A stretch of DNA of 32,000 nt, taken from positions 31,446 to 63,445 of the forward strand of contig CAZFIU010000023.1 in assembly GCA_964519455.1 (NCBI GenBank), in the 5' to 3' direction. A model generated the notes under the pieces. That model did not search any database. It saw nothing but the letters and a program-made list of their open reading frames with translations, and was not told the DNA's origin. Position 1 is the stretch's first letter. Every line of letters starts with the position of its first letter. The translations under genes and the position numbers were made by a program. This document shows, in pieces, positions 29,830 to 32,000 of this stretch. This DNA comes from an uncultured Syntrophobacterales bacterium (lineage in GTDB: Bacteria > Desulfobacterota > Binatia > UBA9968 > JAJDTQ01).

Positions 29830-31059
29830 ATGAACCACATGAACGATCTCGTGGACACCCGACAAGGTCTCCTCGACCGCCGCATCTTCGTCTCCAGGGA
29901 CGTCTACCAGCAGGAACTGGAACGCATCTTCGCGCGCTGCTGGCTGTTCCTCGGCCACGAGAGCCAGATCCCCAACCCCAACGACTTCCTCGCCACCTAC
30001 ATGGGCGAGGACCCCGTGCTGCTGTGCCGCGGCGCCGACGGCACCATCCGCGCGTTCCTCAACATGTGCCGCCACCGCGGCAACCGCGTGTGCCGCGCCG
30101 ACCAGGGCAACGCCACGTCGTTCATGTGCACCTACCACGGCTGGTGCTACGGCAACGACGGCAGGCTCATCGGCGTGCCCGGCATGAAGGAAATCTACAG
30201 CAACGAGCTGGACATGAAGCAGTGGGGGCTGGTGGAGGTCGCGCAGCTCGACGTCCACAAGGGTCTCATCTTCGCCACCTTCGACCCCAAGGCGCCGCCG
30301 CTGCTGGACTACCTCGGCGGCCAGGAGCAGGAACTGGGCGTCATGTTCGACCGCCGCGCCGGCGGCACCGAGATCATCGGCGGCGTGCACAAGTGGGTGA
30401 TGCACGCCAACTGGAAGTACGCCGCCGACAACTTCTTCGGCGACGACGGCCACCACACCGTCACCCACGTGTCCGTGCGCGAGGTGCCCGTGGACGACCT
30501 GTCCTACCCCCGCACCAACGAGGAGCCCCGCCCCTATTCCGACGACATCGGCTTCACCCGCGTCGCCGGCGGCATCATCCGCGACTACCTCCTCGACCAC
30601 TTCGACGAGGCCGTGCAGCGCATCGGCCCCGACCTCGCCCGGCAGGCCGGCCTCGTCACCACCGTCTTCCCCAACGTCTCCCCCAACTTCATCCGCCACA
30701 TGATCCGCGTCTGGCACCCCCGCGGCCCCGAGAAGACCGAGATCTGGTCCTACTGCGTCGTCGACAAGGAAGCCCCCGCCGAGATCAAGACCGCCATGCG
30801 CCGCCACCTCACCCAGACCTTCGGCCCCAGCGGCAACCTCGAGCAGGACGACATGAACAACTGGGAGCAGTGCACCGGAACCGCCCGCGGCGTCATCGCC
30901 CGCCGCTACCCCCAGAACATCCAGGCCCACCTCGGCCACGAGGAAAAGTCCGGCGCCTTCGGCGGCGGCAAGCGCCTGCGCCAATTCTACGCCCGCTGGG
31001 CGATGATGATGGGAGCGGCGAGTTGGGGGGAGGTGGACCTGAACACCAAGTACTACTGA
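29830..31059 (+). CDS. Aromatic ring-hydroxylating dioxygenase, large (alpha) subunit, paralog 2
   Basis: 409 aa, collinear with paralog 1 with the same Rieske and iron motifs. By eye about four in five residues are identical. Confidence 0.9.
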   Translation: MNHMNDLVDTRQGLLDRRIFVSRDVYQQELERIFARCWLFLGHESQIPNPNDFLATYMGEDPVLLCRGADGTIRAFLNMCRHRGNRVCRADQGNATSFMCTYHGWCYGNDGRLIGVPGMKEIYSNELDMKQWGLVEVAQLDVHKGLIFATFDPKAPPLLDYLGGQEQELGVMFDRRAGGTEIIGGVHKWVMHANWKYAADNFFGDDGHHTVTHVSVREVPVDDLSYPRTNEEPRPYSDDIGFTRVAGGIIRDYLLDHFDEAVQRIGPDLARQAGLVTTVFPNVSPNFIRHMIRVWHPRGPEKTEIWSYCVVDKEAPAEIKTAMRRHLTQTFGPSGNLEQDDMNNWEQCTGTARGVIARRYPQNIQAHLGHEEKSGAFGGGKRLRQFYARWAMMMGAASWGEVDLNTKYY

Positions 31060-31883
31060 GGGAGCCCCTTGGCCACCTCCAGGACCCGCTTGTACACGTC
31101 ACGTTTGGCAAGCGAAAAAGTCCGCGCGAGGAGCTTCGCGACTTCATTGGCCGTTCCCCCCGCTTCCAGCAACCTGCCGATCTCCGCCCGCAACACCTCC
31201 TCGCTCACGGGCGCCCGCTCGCTCCGCCCTGCGATCACGACCACGAACTCGCCCTTCGTACCCGCTTCCTCGAACCACTCCGCAAGCTCCGACAGCGTCC
31301 CGCGCAACAGCTCCTCGTGCACCTTGGTGAGTTCCCGCCCCACCATGGCCGCCCGGTCGCCCAAGACATCGCTCATGTCGCGCAACGCCTCCCGTATCCG
31401 GTGCGGCGCCTCGTAGAGCACCAAGGTACGGTCCTCGTCCGCGAGCTGCCGCAGCACATCCCGCCTCCGCCCCTGGCGGGCCGGCAGAAACCCCTGGAAC
31501 ACGAACCGGTCCGTCGCCAGTCCGCACACGCTTAAAGCCGCCGTGGCCGCCGACACCCCCGGCACCGGCGTCACCGCCACCCCCACTTCCCCCGCCGCCC
31601 GTATCAAGTGATAACCCGGGTCCGAGATGGTAGGCGTCCCCGCGTCCGACACCAGGGCGATGTCCTCGCCCGCCTCCAGCCGCCGCGTCAGCACCCCCGC
31701 CTTGGTCCGCTCGTTCCCCTCGTGGTAGCTCGTGACCGGCGTCCCGATCTCGTAACGGCTCAGCAGCTTGCGCGTATGCCGCGTATCCTCCGCCGCGATC
31801 AAGTCCACCTCCCGCAACACCCGCAAGGCCCGCAGCGTAATGTCCTCGAGATTCCCGATCGGCGTTGCAACCACGTAGAGCAT
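31053..31883 (-). CDS. rsmI: 16S rRNA (cytidine1402-2'-O)-methyltransferase RsmI
   Basis: From ATG 31883 it reads [41 protein letters not shown] ... [15 protein letters not shown] ... LYEAPHR, the canonical RsmI (tetrapyrrole-methylase fold). The 18 extra N-terminal codons of the track ORF run into the repeat element and are rejected. Confidence 0.9.
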   Translation of the reverse strand: MLYVVATPIGNLEDITLRALRVLREVDLIAAEDTRHTRKLLSRYEIGTPVTSYHEGNERTKAGVLTRRLEAGEDIALVSDAGTPTISDPGYHLIRAAGEVGVAVTPVPGVSAATAALSVCGLATDRFVFQGFLPARQGRRRDVLRQLADEDRTLVLYEAPHRIREALRDMSDVLGDRAAMVGRELTKVHEELLRGTLSELAEWFEEAGTKGEFVVVIAGRSERAPVSEEVLRAEIGRLLEAGGTANEVAKLLARTFSLAKRDVYKRVLEVAKGLPQ

Positions 31884-31932
31884 TTCTTTCACGCGCCCGT
31901 CGTCATTCTCGTGAAACAGTACACTCCAACGA

Positions 31933-31980
31933 GTCATTCCCGCGTAAGCGGGAATCCAGGGGTGGGGGCGGGAATTGGGG
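31933..31980 (+). repeat. Palindromic repeat unit, copy 4 (same family as 18.7-18.9 kb)
   Basis: The unit is GTCATTCCCGC-GTAA-GCGGGAATCCAGGGGTGGGGGCGGGAATTGGGG. It has the identical 8-bp stem, a GTAA loop and a G-rich tail with four G-runs of at least 3 (31959..31980). Confidence 0.85.
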
Positions 31981-32000
31981 CCGCCAGAACCCCCCCCCCT

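Noticed and set aside
28012-30984. Minus-strand ORFs of 434 aa (28012..29316) and 554 aa (29320..30984)
   Set aside because: They are antisense shadows of the alpha1 and beta/alpha2 genes. The sequences are repetitive and V/G/A/D/H-rich without motifs.
1-32000. tRNA, rRNA or other structured RNA genes
   Set aside because: All intergenic stretches over 100 nt were scanned by eye (1650..1815, 6144..6466, 8209..8361, 14383..14732, 19937..20164, 23111..23228, 27847..28026). None showed a cloverleaf with a T-loop GTTCRANYC motif or rRNA-like sequence. A covariance-model scan (tRNAscan-SE/Infernal) would be needed to be definitive.

Overview
High-GC (roughly two-thirds G+C by eye) bacterial chromosomal window, almost entirely coding. 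I can support about 30 protein-coding genes, two gene relics, one family of small palindromic repeats and a few promoter or terminator-like sites. I saw no rRNA, tRNA, CRISPR array, transposase or integrase. Many long ORFs in the supplied track are antisense shadow ORFs typical of high-GC DNA and are rejected. Left third (1-10.8 kb): a partial CCG-type Fe-S oxidoreductase, a short BoxB-like diiron oxygenase, an FrsA-like hydrolase, and a ParE/Phd toxin-antitoxin cassette beside an acyl-CoA dehydrogenase relic. This part also holds a polar amino-acid ABC importer lacking its ATPase, a Bcr/CflA MFS pump, a decayed alpha/beta-hydrolase pseudogene, and a DUF3108-like protein plus an unknown secreted protein. 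Middle (10.8-20 kb): mgtE and ppk1, transcribed divergently from a lipid locus. That locus encodes a PlcP/LpxH-like metallophosphoesterase, an 804-aa membrane fusion of a GSA-aminomutase-like PLP aminotransferase with a DUF962/Mpo1-like domain, a PEMT-like methyltransferase and a convergent Agt-like GT4 glycosyltransferase. A cluster of GNRA-capped palindromic repeats separates the last two genes. Right third (20-31 kb): a regulator-less catabolic island. It contains a monomeric-type Rieske oxygenase and two paralogous TctC/Bug receptors flanking a heme-oxygenase-fold protein. It also has an operon of two family III CoA-transferases interleaved with a split MaoC hotdog hydratase, and a divergent alpha-beta-alpha ring-hydroxylating dioxygenase operon behind a consensus sigma70 promoter. 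rsmI follows at the right edge. The best candidate for an undescribed system is the PlcP / aminotransferase::Mpo1 / PEMT / Agt locus, a phosphate-stress lipid-remodelling pair carrying two extra enzymes that could build an N-methylated amino lipid. All functional calls rest on motif recognition by eye; no database search was run.
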